Positions 23,879 through 37,251 of a stretch of DNA of 44,336 bases are shown here, piece after piece. The position numbers and the translations under genes were made by a program. The stretch comes from Octopus bimaculoides (lineage: Eukaryota). Where the stretch lies: positions 62,185,513-62,229,848 of the forward strand of contig NC_068989.1 in assembly GCF_001194135.2 (NCBI RefSeq), written 5' to 3'. Position 1 is the stretch's first letter, and the number at the start of each line of letters is the position of its first letter. The notes under the pieces were generated by a model, which was not told the DNA's origin, made no database searches, and saw only the letters and a list, made by a program, of their open reading frames with translations.

Positions 23879-25385
23879 TCCCGCCTCTCTTTTTTGAGGG
23901 TCATTTTTTTGCGAACAATTTAATATTTTTTGTCATGGCGTCTATTTTCCAGAAACTATGAACGTTTTCTTTTCCTTTCACTTGTATTCTTATATTCAAT
24001 CACCAGCTGTGGCGTTGGTACTTGGAACGTATCGTACAACCATTCTATAATTTGCTCCGACTTCTTTGGTTCGGTTTCCACTATTCTCTTGTTCAGCTGG
24101 TTTCTGTCTCTTTTGTTACCTTGTCTACTACTTTTTACCAAATACATCATATTACTTATGTATTTGTTAATTTGGCCCTTTTACTAGTTCTGCTTTCCAA
24201 TTTTGTATGTCCGCAACTACAACAAATCACCAACTTCAAAAAAAACAAAAAAACTTGCTAAATCTTCCAAGGAACTTTTTCAATTTCACAAACACTGACT
24301 TTACTCTCCTTGCAAACAACAACTCCGTTGATGAGCTTCCTTCTGGTGTAATCGGATTTGGTATTACACGGTGCCCTATTAGAAATTGTTGTAATGATAA
24401 CTCATCCGTGCTTTCCTTATTTTTTTTCTTAAAGCTCTTTTGAAAGTATCGAAAAAGCGTTCTGCCTGTCCATTAGATCTGAGTTCGATGGTGCCGTAGT
24501 TATGCGTTCTACTGCATACATTTCACAATGTTTTGAGAAAATTCGCTAGACACATATCGCGTTCTATTGTCACCAGTTACTTGTCTTAATTATTTGATTT
24601 TTTTTCAGCTAGAATTTACACTTTACCTTCACACCAAAGGGAAGCCGCTTACATTTACTATAAGCTATTGTGCGTGTAAAAGTTTAAGAAATATGATCAT
24701 GTGCGACTAACAAATCGTTCATCTTTGTTGAAAATCTGTACAAAGTCTTCGTTTGTCATTCATCCTTTTCATGTAAACCGTCGGTGTTGCACAGTCTGCG
24801 TGGTTATCCTTTTCAATTATATCAAGGTTTTTCAGTATTTCCAGTTCTTTTTTACCCTAATCTATCGCTGTAAATGGTAAATGTCTGTTTGGCGCATATT
24901 CTGGCGTTTCGTGTTTTACTGCAATCATTTGTTTCAGTCCTTCGGCCTCTTTTGAACATTCGACTGAAGCGACTATATTTCTACACAAATCCTTTATGGG
25001 GGTATCCCATAAATTAAATAGTTCTATCCATTCTGTGCAAAAATTAATTAAGTGAATGTTTTAAGACATATTTGTTAGCCTTTTTCGTTTGATCTCGAAA
25101 TATTACGTTACATACGCATCTACAGATAAAGTATATTTTCCCCGTAACACATATGTGCCACCTTTTTCGATTATATTTTGAATTTTCATATTTACGAATT
25201 TCTGTTCATTGTACTACCTTTGTTTTTCGATGGCATACATTTTACTTTTTTATCATTGATCTGACATTAATCATCTTCGTTCTACAGTGAGACTTGTATA
25301 TGTCCTACATTTCTACAAAGAAAATTCCCCACTGTTTTTAATGGGCAATTTTCCCTGGGTGCATACCGCCACGTGCAAAACATGG
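23879..25385 (-). mobile_element. Multiply deleted Ty3/Gypsy LTR-retrotransposon relic
   Basis: Minus-strand fragments occur in Gypsy order: gag zinc-knuckle remnant (GMHPRENCP..CRNVGHIQ, about 25280-25375); protease-region remnant (KFVNMKI...TEWIELFNLWDTPI); RT start (KKELEILKNLDIIEKDNHADCATPTVYMKRMNDKRRLCTDF, about 24740-24860); integrase core end (RSNGQAERFFDTFKRAL...LQQFL..HRVIPNP..PEGSSSTELLFARRVKSVF, about 24280-24480); C-terminal tail (supplied ORF 23956-24150); and a purine-rich PPT-like tract at 23879-23895. Confidence 0.88.
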
Positions 25386-25538
25386 AGTTATATCCTGGTT
25401 TATATGAGAGCCTGTTTGTCTTCAGGAAAACGGCATCGTTAAAGCCGGATAGATTTGAACGTAGAACGCAAAGCTAAATAATTTGTTTACCGACACGCAG
25501 CTTGTGCCCATATAGTACATGGAAGGGAGATTATCACT

Positions 25539-26045
25539 CCAATCTCTAAGTCTTACGTGATACTCACAGATCTATGTTTCTGGGCAGTTAACCGTCTCAG
25601 TGAGAGACAATCACTGGATAGTAATGCGTTTACGCTACTTGAAATATATATATGTTTAAGAGACATACAGTCGCTGATCTTCTAAAGAGAAAATCAACTT
25701 GTTTTAAATCAATTAGCGAGAGATATGCAGTAATAGTACCGAATAGTAAAGTTTATTTGCCAACATACTGTGGCAGTCCTATACAAAGTAGACATTACTG
25801 TTTTTTAGCCCCATGAAAAATATCTCCAGTTGGCGCCCGTATAGTATATGCGAAGAACGTCATCGCTTCCAACTCTAGCCTTACGTGATACACACAGACA
25901 TAGCTTTCCGAGTAGATACCAGTCTTCAGTGTGAGACAACAACCGGCAAGTTATGGGATCTTACTCCACAGGCAAATACTATATATTTTTTTAAGCAAAG
26001 CACATCGCTGATCTCCTACAGAGAAAATCAACCTGTTTTAAATCT
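25539..26045 (+). repeat. Degenerate ~330-bp direct repeat
   Basis: CTTACGTGATAC(T/A)CACAGA...CAGTG(A/T)GAGACAA...TCGCTGATCT..TA.AGAGAAAATCAAC(T/C)TGTTTTAAATC occurs at about 25539-25710 and 25867-26045. Confidence 0.75.
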
Positions 26046-26162
26046 CTGATATATATATATATATATATATATACATCGCTCAGAGATTTAAAACAAGTTG
26101 TTTTTCCCTTTACGAGATCAGAGTGATCGCTTACAAATACATAGTATTTGCAACTGGAGTAA
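25961..26162. repeat. Imperfect inverted repeat with (TA)n loop
   Basis: The arm at 25961-26049 (TTACTCCAC..GCAAATACTAT.TATTT...CTGATCTC.TA.AG.GAAAA.CAAC.TGTTTTAAATCTCTGA) is the reverse complement of 26080-26162. The spacer is mostly (TA)n. Confidence 0.8.
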
Positions 26163-26357
26163 TGCGCAAGTGGAGTGTATATGTATATNNNNNNNNNNNN
26201 NNNNNNNNNNNNNNNNNNNNNNNNNNNNNNNNNNNNNNNNNNNNNNNNNNNNNNNNNNNNNNNNNNNNNNNNNNNNNNNNNNNNNNNNNNNNNNNNNNNN
26301 NNNNNNNNNNNNNNNNNNNNNNNNNNNNNNNNNNNNNNNNNNNNNNNNNNNNNNNNN

Positions 26358-26390
<33 letters not shown>

Positions 26391-27700
26391 TATACACACA
26401 TATATATACATATATACCAACATAAATATATATGTGCCCGCTGGTGTGTGAGCGGCGTGTTGGTGACGCTCATACTTATGTGAATTGGAGTGTCTGTATT
26501 CATTGTGACCGGCCACATATTTATACGTAAAACGTTCTTATCTGCAGTAACCTCAAAAAACAAAATCAAAAACATAGATGTAAGAATATAACGATTTTGT
26601 GAAGTTACATTGTTGAAGCTGGATGGATTTGAACGTAAAGCAATATAGCAAATATTCTTTTTTCTTCCAATATAGACTAATGCTACACCCCCTGCAGTTC
26701 TTAATCTTCCTAATAACATTCTATCTAATAAGAAATAATAATAAACTCTTGTTTACAGTACTTGGAGCAACGTGGATCTAAAGATATCTATATTAAATTA
26801 CGTAGGCAATTGGTAATAAAGCGAAGAGTTGGTGCAATTTAATTTTGGCGATATTTGTTGCATGTTATTAGAGAATTTTCACATGAGTTTCCTTAAATTA
26901 GTAAAAGAACGTCTGAGAGAGAGAGAGAGAGAGAGAGATAGAGAGAAAAAGAGAATGACGCTGTACTATTCATCTACTTCAAATATATAATATAAACACC
27001 AACAGTATACTGAGGATGACAGATTTCATCAGCTCGAAAGAAAAAAAGATCCATACGTGACTAGTTATAAGTAATCAATATTAGTATTACAAGCACTGTT
27101 TATCTTTGTTTCGGTTATATGGTTCTAAAGAATTATTTATTAAATTACTTCCATTCTTCCATTTTTTATTGCATTGTTGTAAATAATTTGATCATTTCGT
27201 GCCTTTCAATTTTCGTTTATATTGGTAGGCAAATTGCGCAGGTAATTTCTACAGAGTTCACGTTACATAAAGTACGGACACAGCGGCCAGTGTTCTCCTA
27301 CATCAGTGCTGTTCAAAGGAATTGCTATCTTTTGAGGGAAGCGGAATATTTTAATGTATGTGATAGTGGGGAAGCAGATACACCATTTAACTTGTATAAT
27401 GTAAAACTATAAAGAACTATATATATCCAAATTATATATTTTCTTCGCGTCATTTATCTAGTGATGTTATTGATCAAAGTATATACTTTTACAGTCAATG
27501 TTATACTGATGATATTACTCATGAGCAAATGGTGAAATTTAAGAGCGATCAAATGGCCGGCAGCATTTTGTTTTCGTGAGATTGAGTATTTAATTTCGTT
27601 TAATCGGAGCAAACAGGCGTTCAACGTGCGTTAGAAACAGAATGGTGGTAGTCCTATGTATACTAATAATATAGATGGATATATATGAAGCAAATATATT

Positions 27701-27711
27701 TGACCAATCAG
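27701..27711 (+). promoter_or_regulatory. CCAAT-box (NF-Y consensus) match
   Basis: TGACCAATCAG fits RRCCAATSR and lies in unique sequence upstream of candidate splice sites. A single motif could be chance. Confidence 0.2.
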
Positions 27712-28065
27712 AGACGATTTTCAGAGTAAGCAACAAACATAGTTTATACTTTCTCTGCAGTTTTGAAAACAGAATTTTGCTTTTATTATGAATATTGCAT
27801 CTGCTATACTTCTTTTAATTAACAAGTACCTTGGAATATAAATTGCTGAACGATGAAATCGGTATGTTGCCACAGGCATCAGTGCAATGTGCACGAGCGT
27901 CTAATCACAATTCAAAATCAAAAAATGAATTTAGTTATAAGCTCTTAATGTTCTTTATATGGTCAGATGTATCAATAATATATAAACTCTTCGAAGCAAA
28001 ACTGCATTGTTGTGAGAACATTTTCTTTAATTTTCGATACATTATTTTTTCTTTTTTGTTTCCAG

Positions 28066-28114
28066 ATCTGCCATCTGTTCCTCTCAGAGTTCTTCTGTCG
28101 AGGTTTGAACTAAT
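28066..28114 (+). other. Candidate 49-nt exon
   Basis: A long polypyrimidine acceptor TTTTTTCTTTTTTGTTTCCAG| and donor AT|GTAAGT. One frame is open (LPSVPLRVLLSRFEL). It may be a UTR exon. Confidence 0.35.
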
Positions 28115-28232
28115 GTAAGTGGAATAACCGATCAGGTTCTGCAGTTTATATGTTGATCTTCACGTTGTTACTTTGTGTTTCAACACTCTACGTATAATTC
28201 GGTCTACGTTTGCTGTGTATATGTGTGTGTGT

Positions 28233-28281
<49 letters not shown>

Positions 28282-28983
28282 GCTACACCCACACACATAG
28301 ACACACACATATGTACAGACACACATACACACACACACACAAACATAAAGACAGACGGAGTAAGACAGTGCGAGTAAATAATTTTATGTAGTTAAATGAA
28401 GAAACGTGTACATAAATCAAAAGAATTAACATGTTAAAGGAAAATTTGATACCTTCGACTGTTTTTCTTGCTTCCTAAACTATATCAGTAAACATTTGTA
28501 TTTACAAAAATGAAACACACTGTGGAATATATTATTGTGCTAAAAATTAACTTCAATTATACTTTGAAATATATTTTTTGTCATTTCCTATGTGTTCCGT
28601 AACAAAATTTATATTAGAAAACATATTGAGAAAGTAACGTTTAGGAAGTCTGCTCCAGGGAAATACTTATATATTATAAAGAAATAAACTGTCATCTTTT
28701 GGTTCAATTCTCATAGATATTGAGAAATATTTTATTTAAATATGTGTATGTCCATGTGCTACTTAAACAACCCGTAGTAGTTTATAGCCGATACCAACAC
28801 TTTCTTTGTTGTTATTGATTCAAATGCTGAACGAAAATTTCTTTTAGAAGTGATATAAGTTTGCAGGAATTTATGTGGGCAAATATGTATTAATATATTT
28901 ATCTTGGTGGTGGTATATACACCTATATGTACATTTATTCACATATACACAAAGACACACACACATAAGCATATATATAAATG

Positions 28984-29035
<52 letters not shown>

Positions 29036-29093
29036 CATATATATATACCCATATATGGAGGTAATTTGGGACGTATGTGGATATGCCTCTATC

Positions 29094-29142
<49 letters not shown>

Positions 29143-30769
29143 ATTTATATGCATTTGTATATATATCTATATATATATATTTATTTATTTATTTATATAC
29201 ATATAATATCAATTATTAACATGTGAGATTTTTGCAGCTTTTAAGAGAAAATTTATTGAAGAAATGCCGAAGTATAAATAATCTTCGCTTATCTCTGCGT
29301 ACTAAGTATTTTACCTGCAAAGAACTTTTTATTGTATATATAGAATTTTTAAATCCTTTTTCTCGACCTATCATTATAAAAATTCAATGACAGAAATGAA
29401 GAATGTTGATAGTGAATGTATCTCACAAATTCTAGAGAATGTAAGTTACGAATATGATAGCATTATATTATAGGGTATTAAACGAGAAGAATATTTATAA
29501 GAAAATAATAAAATTATTTTCTTTAAACAATGATAAATTTCAGAAAAAATACAATAAGTGACATCAACATATCTTCTTTGAAGAGATTCCAATATATTTT
29601 TTCAGTTTTGCTCTATTGATTTTTCATCTTTTAATTTTTAGTTCTTTTTTTTTAAATTTATATTTATTTTCTTTTCTTTCTGAGAATTCTTTTCACGCAC
29701 ATTTATTACAATTTCAGTTTTCACATTTTTGTTTCTTTTTTTCTGTATTCATGCTATCATCCCTCACATCGCACTGTATTTTACTTCTACTTCGTAAACA
29801 CATAAACCCTATTATCAGCAAATGATATGCGAGATCATATGCTGTAGATCCAATTTACATGAATAACAATGAATATTAACCCTTTCATTCATATTATTTA
29901 TTACGTGGACCTACGTGTTCATTACCTGTACTAGAATCACTTTATAATACATAACATTCGCAGAAATATGCGCTTTTCTCTGTATATCCATATAAAACTA
30001 CATTTTTTTTTATCTACGCATTGCAGCTCATGCACATATATTATGCATGAATAACATGCAAGAGAATAATATTGAGCTTTAACTACACGAGTCGAAATTA
30101 ATGACTTGCTCCTGTGAGACATGCATATTTTGATTGCTATATCAGAAGGAAATACGCAGTAACTTGACGCTCAACACGGTCTTAACATCTCTGGTATTTC
30201 CACTTCCTATGTAGTTTTCATATTTCTGGTTAGTATTACATTACTACACTTCTGACAAAAGCCGAAAGCCTATATTTTAAAAAAAGAATCATTCTCTCAA
30301 TGTTCATTTACGATTCTGTGAATCATTTGCGACATATATGTGATAAAATATTCTGCTCTGCGTTATATGTTACCCTTAGTTTTCATTATGTTTTCATAAG
30401 CGTGCTTAAGTTCTTGCCTTATCAAAACAAGTTGAAAAATTATTACCATATTTGTATTGTTAGTCGATACTTGCCCCTCAATACTCGATTGTTGTTGCTA
30501 TAAAGTAATATCTTCTGTATAATCAGCCGGTCATATTTTTTTATACTCCCAGTGATTTTGTTTACGAAATGTAATTTTTACGTAAAGCTAGTTCCATTAA
30601 TGCCCACTGCAATATATATTACCTTTTATACAATAGTATGGAAACTAACATTCTTATAACTAACCATTACGCCACTACTTCAATAGAAACATATTTACGA
30701 TATAGTACGATGCCCAAACTAAACAATTAGCAGCAGTTTATGTAAGCTAAATCCGACTATATTTTTATA

Positions 30770-31622
30770 TTTCCTGTTTTCAGGAATACTTCTGATCCTT
30801 TCCCTCATCACTGAATGTTTGATTCCTTCCCCTTTCAAATACTCCTAGGTATTTGTAGCGCTCCACTGGTTTTAACTCCTTTATGACATTCTGCTGGTCA
30901 GAATTAACACTGGATGTTTCTGTCATTTTTCCTTTGATAAAGGTAGCTTTTGCACATTTATCGAGGCCAAATTGCATCCGGATGCAATCAGTGACTTGTT
31001 TAACGATCGCTTGTATGTCTTGTAGTGGGTCATTTAATACATTTCCAGACACTTCTTAACCCAGCTATCTTTTAAACTATCAAAAGCTTTTTTATAGTCT
31101 AACAAGTCTATCGACACGTCTGTGTGTTGTTTGTGACAATCTTCCAAGATAATCTTATTGATGAGTATCTAATCTTTACAACAGTAGGACCCACGTTTAC
31201 ATCCCTTTTCCTCATTAGGGAATATACTACTTTCTATTAAAAAAATAAAGGTATATTCAGTCAAGATCGATGTTAGTATCTCATATATTGTCGTTAAGCA
31301 GGTTATGGGTCTGTAATTTGTGTCTTCAGTTTTTGAGGTAGCAATGCTGCACCATTATATAGCCATTGTTGCAAAGTTTTGTTAGCAGTTGATGGCTCTC
31401 TGGGAAGGCATTCAGCCAGACGTTAGAAATTTTACCCTTTCCTGGAGACTTCCATTTCCTTGATTTCTTCAAAGCGGATCTTACACGCTCTATCTTGCTC
31501 TTCTAAGGAGTCTACGTCTGGAGATATTCCCTCAATCCAAGGAGCCTTTTCATTGTATGTTTTTCCTCTGCCTAAATTTTATCCCCAAATTTCTGCACTT
31601 CTTCTTTTGATGGGACGCATTT
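30770..31622 (-). mobile_element. Decayed R4/Dong-type reverse transcriptase fragment
   Basis: Minus strand: PSKEEVQKF..I*AEEKTYNEKAPWI...ALKKSRKWKSPG...NVWL...NYRPITCLTTIYEILT...EEKGCKRGSYCCKD*ILINK...DYKKAFDS...WVKKCLEMY; then, after an internal deletion, MQFGLDKCAKATFIKGK...YKYLGVFE. Stops and frameshifts are present. Confidence 0.9.
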
Positions 31623-31661
31623 TACTGTAACTAGTATTTTCCAACGCGGATGTCAAAATGA

Positions 31662-31950
31662 AGGACAGTGCTGATAGAGAAGGGCGAATAAAAGCTAGGG
31701 GAAGCCAGCATTGACATACCTATTACTTGCTTACCATTATTATGGAAACTATCTACTGGTCTTATAGCAGATGAAGTATATACATTTTTGAGAAAGGTGA
31801 ATCTATTACCAGAGGGACAAAAATGTAGTAGGAAGAAATCAGGAAGGATGAACTGTTGATCTGCTATATGTAGATAGTAAAATGTTAAATGAGACACGAG
31901 TTAGGAAGAAGACTGTAGCTATTCGATCGATAGATTACAGGAAGGCTTAG
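31662..31950 (+). mobile_element. Second R4/Dong-type RT fragment, opposite strand
   Basis: RTVLIEKGE*KLGEAS..IPITCLPLLWKLSTGLIADEVYTFLRKVNLLPEGQKCSRKKS/TVDLLYVDSKML...IDYRKA covers the same RT motifs as the adjacent minus-strand fragment, but with a clearly different sequence. Confidence 0.8.
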
Positions 31951-34900
31951 AAGATAACATTTTGAGAAACAATAGGCGTGTGGGAAGTACAACTGGCATG
32001 TGCTAATGAAACGTTTGGTATATAGTAGTAGTAGTAGTAGTAGTAGTAGTAGCAGCAGCAGCAGCACTGGTGTCGGTGGTAGCGGTGGCGGCAATGGCGG
32101 TGGTGGTGGGAACAGTTTTGTTGGCGGCAGTTGTTTTTTTTTTAATGAAGACTAACAAGATGGTGGGAACTTCAGTAAAATGTCGGTTTGCAATTAGATA
32201 ATAAAACACTTTTCTGTCGACACTTATATGTCGACACGAAACGCTACTACTTGACACAGGAAAGTGAAACTTCAACAGTTTCGTTTCATCAAATATGGAG
32301 TCAGTATATTTTTGGAAAACCTTCAAAAATGTGTAATAATAAACCCTTTCTCAGAATCTCATAGGTTATATTTACTGATCCTAGATCTGCAACTACTTGG
32401 AATGTGCATATCTCTAGCCTGAAGTGTAACACCAATATTTTAAGAGACGCTAATCTGCATCATGAAATAAAAGTAAAAAATTTAATGCAGCCAAAGTACA
32501 AATTTACTAATGAGAATAACCACTATGAAAATTATTAAATTTGGCCAAGAAAGTGATAATCTTAATTAAAACGAAATAATTAAATATGCAGTTCAACTTG
32601 GTATGCGTCTGATATTTGACAGCAAATGAGAAGTCTGGTAATTTTCAGTTGCATTAGCCATCCGCTGCATGGCGACTTGTAACTGTTATTGCCAATCTTT
32701 AGAGACTAGACGAGTATGTATCATTTTAGTGAATGAATACAGGGCGTTGTTATAAACTCAAAACAATGACTCGTCAGGACAAATGTTGGAAGAAACATCT
32801 GCAATGGATTTATTAAACAAATATACGCTTAATTAATTAACACTATGCATTCATTCATACGAATATTTATCCTCACAATCACACGAAACAAAGAACCTCA
32901 GTCCCAAAATGTTAGTTAAAGATTAATTAAATATACTATTCAGCCTGGACGGAGTCAGGCTCTTAGCACGAAGGTGGCAATTTCAGATATATTTGCGTAG
33001 TGTTTAACTTCGTCAGAGAAGCATTGTGTCAGCGTTGCTGCGAATATCATATTACTAGATATAAGATTTTCATTAGTACTCACACAGTGGTGATATAACC
33101 TAAAGGAATTACTCAACAAAATAGCTACGTTGTCAAATATGCTATATTATTTTAAAAGTATACCACTTATGATGCTGTAAGCATTCTGGATAAACGGTGA
33201 CATCTGTTACGCCATTTACACCCTATGTCGTATTTTCGGATTAATAATTTCTAAAATTATTCATGCATGCTAGTTTCACGAAAAGATAATAATAAAGGAG
33301 GCGCTAATGTATTTGATTCTCTTAGGAAATAAATATTAAAATATTAGTTAATCTTATAGACTTCTCTAGTAAGATATTGTAACAGTTCGACTATGATTAT
33401 TAATGGATTCCAATAAAATCGGAACATCTCACGAAGCTGGACAGTTTAAATTTAATCTCGCTCTCCAATGAATATTCTCATTTATTTTAATTAAATATTT
33501 CTGGATTAACCAGATTTAGTTCTTTTTTTCGAAAATTTTATTATCATAGGAATCATAAGTATACATTTAATTAATTAGATTTTCTTGGTTTAGTTACAAC
33601 TGCACCAACTTTACTCTTACTAGTTATTGTTGTAAAAGTATTTTACCTCATTTGCTTATAATATAATTGTTCATATCACTCTAATTGAAAATTACGTATA
33701 TCTTAAATGCTATAATTTTTCCTTTTTTTTTTCAAATGCTACCACTGTATATATTCTTAGCTTACCTACTAGCTTCTATACAAGATTCTATTGATTTTCT
33801 GTTGTTATCTCAATTGATATCCATCTTAGAGAGGAGTTACATATTTTGGATCCGAGTAAAATCGATTCGATCGAACCCAATCCTCAAAAAGTACTTATTT
33901 TATCGACAGTGTAAATATCAAAGGCCAAGTTGGGTTCGATGAGAATTGCATTCTGAATTCAGAATAAAAATACACGTAATTAAATACCGCAATATATTTT
34001 ATTCCACACTACTATTTCATCAACGTTGTGCCGGTTATTAATATGATATTGCATATTCTGTTATTACTACTAGGGTTATTACATGCTATCTATTAGACAC
34101 ATCGTCATGGCGCTAACAGGGTTTGTGCCAAGCTACATATGTGAGTATCAACAAAAGCTTAGTCGAAGTATTTGATTTATGCAAGTATGAACTAGCGTCA
34201 ACAGCCAATACACAATGATAAACATGACACTTTTTCTTAATACGATTCTCTTTCTTATCCCAGCCAATTCAGGATATAGAGATAAAATGTAAATTATTGT
34301 TTTTAAACATGAAATTTGTATCATAACCCATTAGGAATATCTGAGTATTTCATTTATGCTCTACCATGATGAAAACCTCCATAATGTGATTTCACCCTAA
34401 CCAATTTACAAGGAAATTCTTCGACCACGTTTATCCATACAGGATCGATAAAATCATCGTAAATATATGCTACGCAGCAAACGCTCAGGCGCTTTGTACT
34501 CCATGTTCAAATACCGCCGGTGATAAATTTGACTTTCATCATTTCCCAGAGGATATGACTACATCTCAAATACAGGGATCGACATAAACTTCCTACAATT
34601 GCTGATCCTCATTAAAAAAATTTATTTCAAGAAGATTGTAATGAAGGAAATAAAACAAAGTTAACAATCGAAATAAGTTTTCATTATTCCAACATAAGAC
34701 TCTGGGAAATGCTCTTCTTGAAATAAATATTAACAGGATTATCACAGAAAAGAAAAGTTAGTAAGAAACTGTCAATACTATTATGTCCGGCATATCCTAC
34801 TACGTTATATATGCCTGCAGAGGCTTCCTTATAAAATAATCTAGTCGACACTCAGAAGAATCATATCAGTTGCATTTTGGTGGCTGTTTGGCCTCGTGAC

Positions 34901-35831
34901 TGGCACGCATTGATTAGATTTTGAGATCGATCTGGTATCGGACAAGGATTCTGGATTATTTGTTATACTTACTTTACATAAAGTACTACGATCTTATGTT
35001 GATTTTCAAGTATTTCTGTGATGATCTCCCTTGAAAATACGCGCATGGTTTCCACGTAAATTTTGGCGGCATTACTGTTTCCAAAGTTTTACTTTCGTTT
35101 CTCTATTATTATTTTTATTGGCGTTTCTATCTTAGTAGAAACTGATGGATTAAGAATCCAAACTACATATGCAAATTAGCAGCAAACCGTTCAGAAATTA
35201 AATAACACTAACATATTTAGTAACAATAATAAATTTAATTTATCCCCGCCAATTTTTAGTTTTACCAATTTTGAACATATCGCTCCTGTTTAAAACCTCT
35301 TACTTATTTGACATTTGCCTGTCTAGTTCTGCCCTGAAGGGAGCTTTACTTCTTGGATTCACGCGTTTATGCGCAACGATGTTGTTAAAGTTTGATTAAC
35401 TACACCGTATGCAGTGGATTTCCCTTTTCTTCCACGCACGGATAAAGTTTTCACTATAGACCTTAATATTTGTAAAGTCTCTATATTGGTGGATAGACCC
35501 AAAAAGCATTCATAGAGTAACCTATCCCTATTCCCACTTTAGATAACACACATACGCAGCATTACAAACACGGCCCGCATACCCACCTTCACATTCCATG
35601 ACTATCATTGCGATCGATTAGGTACCGGATATGTAATCTGGATTCTTTTTTCCGTTTTTTTCTTTCTATTTTTACTTAATTTTTCAGAGCAATCGGGTTC
35701 ATTTTTAATATTCTCGTTTCTGAGAGTATTCGAGTTTATTTCAGATATTCTCATTTTAAAAATCATCTGCGGCTAATCGCTCGGAGGGCGTTGGTATTGA
35801 CTCGTCGAAGGTTTGCGCTATATAAGTTCTC

Positions 35832-36242
<411 letters not shown>

Positions 36243-37189
36243 TTGGTTGATATGATTCTTGTTACTGCATTTGTGTCGTCCTACATATAGCTATGTTGGA
36301 GGGAAGGATGTTCTTTTTTATGAAATTGGCGATTCTGGTTGTCTGTAATGAGAACAGAAATGCTAAATTACACACTATTACCATAGTTTTACTCTTTGCT
36401 TCATTATAGATTCAACATGGAGTTGAATTTAGATGTATTCCTTAGATCGGCTATCCATAAGTCCATTACTCACTTAGCTATGTTTTCGTTATCATTTCAC
36501 ATTTAGTTTGCAATCTACATAAAAAGAGATCTAAAATATATAAATCAAATACTGGAGATTTATGAAAAAAATATTTTTCATGGTTATCAGGTCAATATCT
36601 TTAATAGGGTTTCCAGAACCATATCTGATATATTATTCCATATTCATTTTATACATTTATACATTCATATATTTATGAGTCTACATTTGCCCAGTTATTC
36701 CAATATCTTTTTGTTTTTTTGTTTATATTACTTTGTATGCATAAAGACACACATGCACACACACACGCACACACGCGCATGCACATACACATATAATATA
36801 AACACACTCACACAAACGCACAGATACACATATATTCTCTCAAATTATCCGTTGCGTTACAGTCATAACATATTCTCTTTATCGTCTGCTCTTTATACCC
36901 AAATAGTCTGATTTTGAATTCGGTCGCCTGCGCTTTTCAATAGATATCTTCGTCTACCCTTTTTTTATATATAAAACCTCTACTTAAATGCCAAAAGAGA
37001 ATTATTACTGGCATAAATCTCAAACAGTTTAGTTATATTTTTTTCCGCTTTGGGGCAGTCATGTCTTGTAATCAGATTGTCTTTGTTATAGATATTAAAA
37101 TTTACTGAGTTTTGACCAATTCATTTATATATCGCACGTAACGATTCTGCATAAATCAGACATTGCAAAATCTGCTTCCTTATATTGTG

Positions 37190-37251
<62 letters not shown>

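Noticed and set aside
29842-29860. CTGTAGATCCAATTT resembling the miR-10 family mature sequence
   Set aside because: The match is partial, the seed is not intact and no complementary hairpin arm is visible nearby.
34830-34871. TATAAAA followed by a TCAGTT initiator-like motif
   Set aside because: The spacing (about 38 nt to the Inr A) is off the canonical value of about 30, and such motifs are frequent in DNA this AT-rich.
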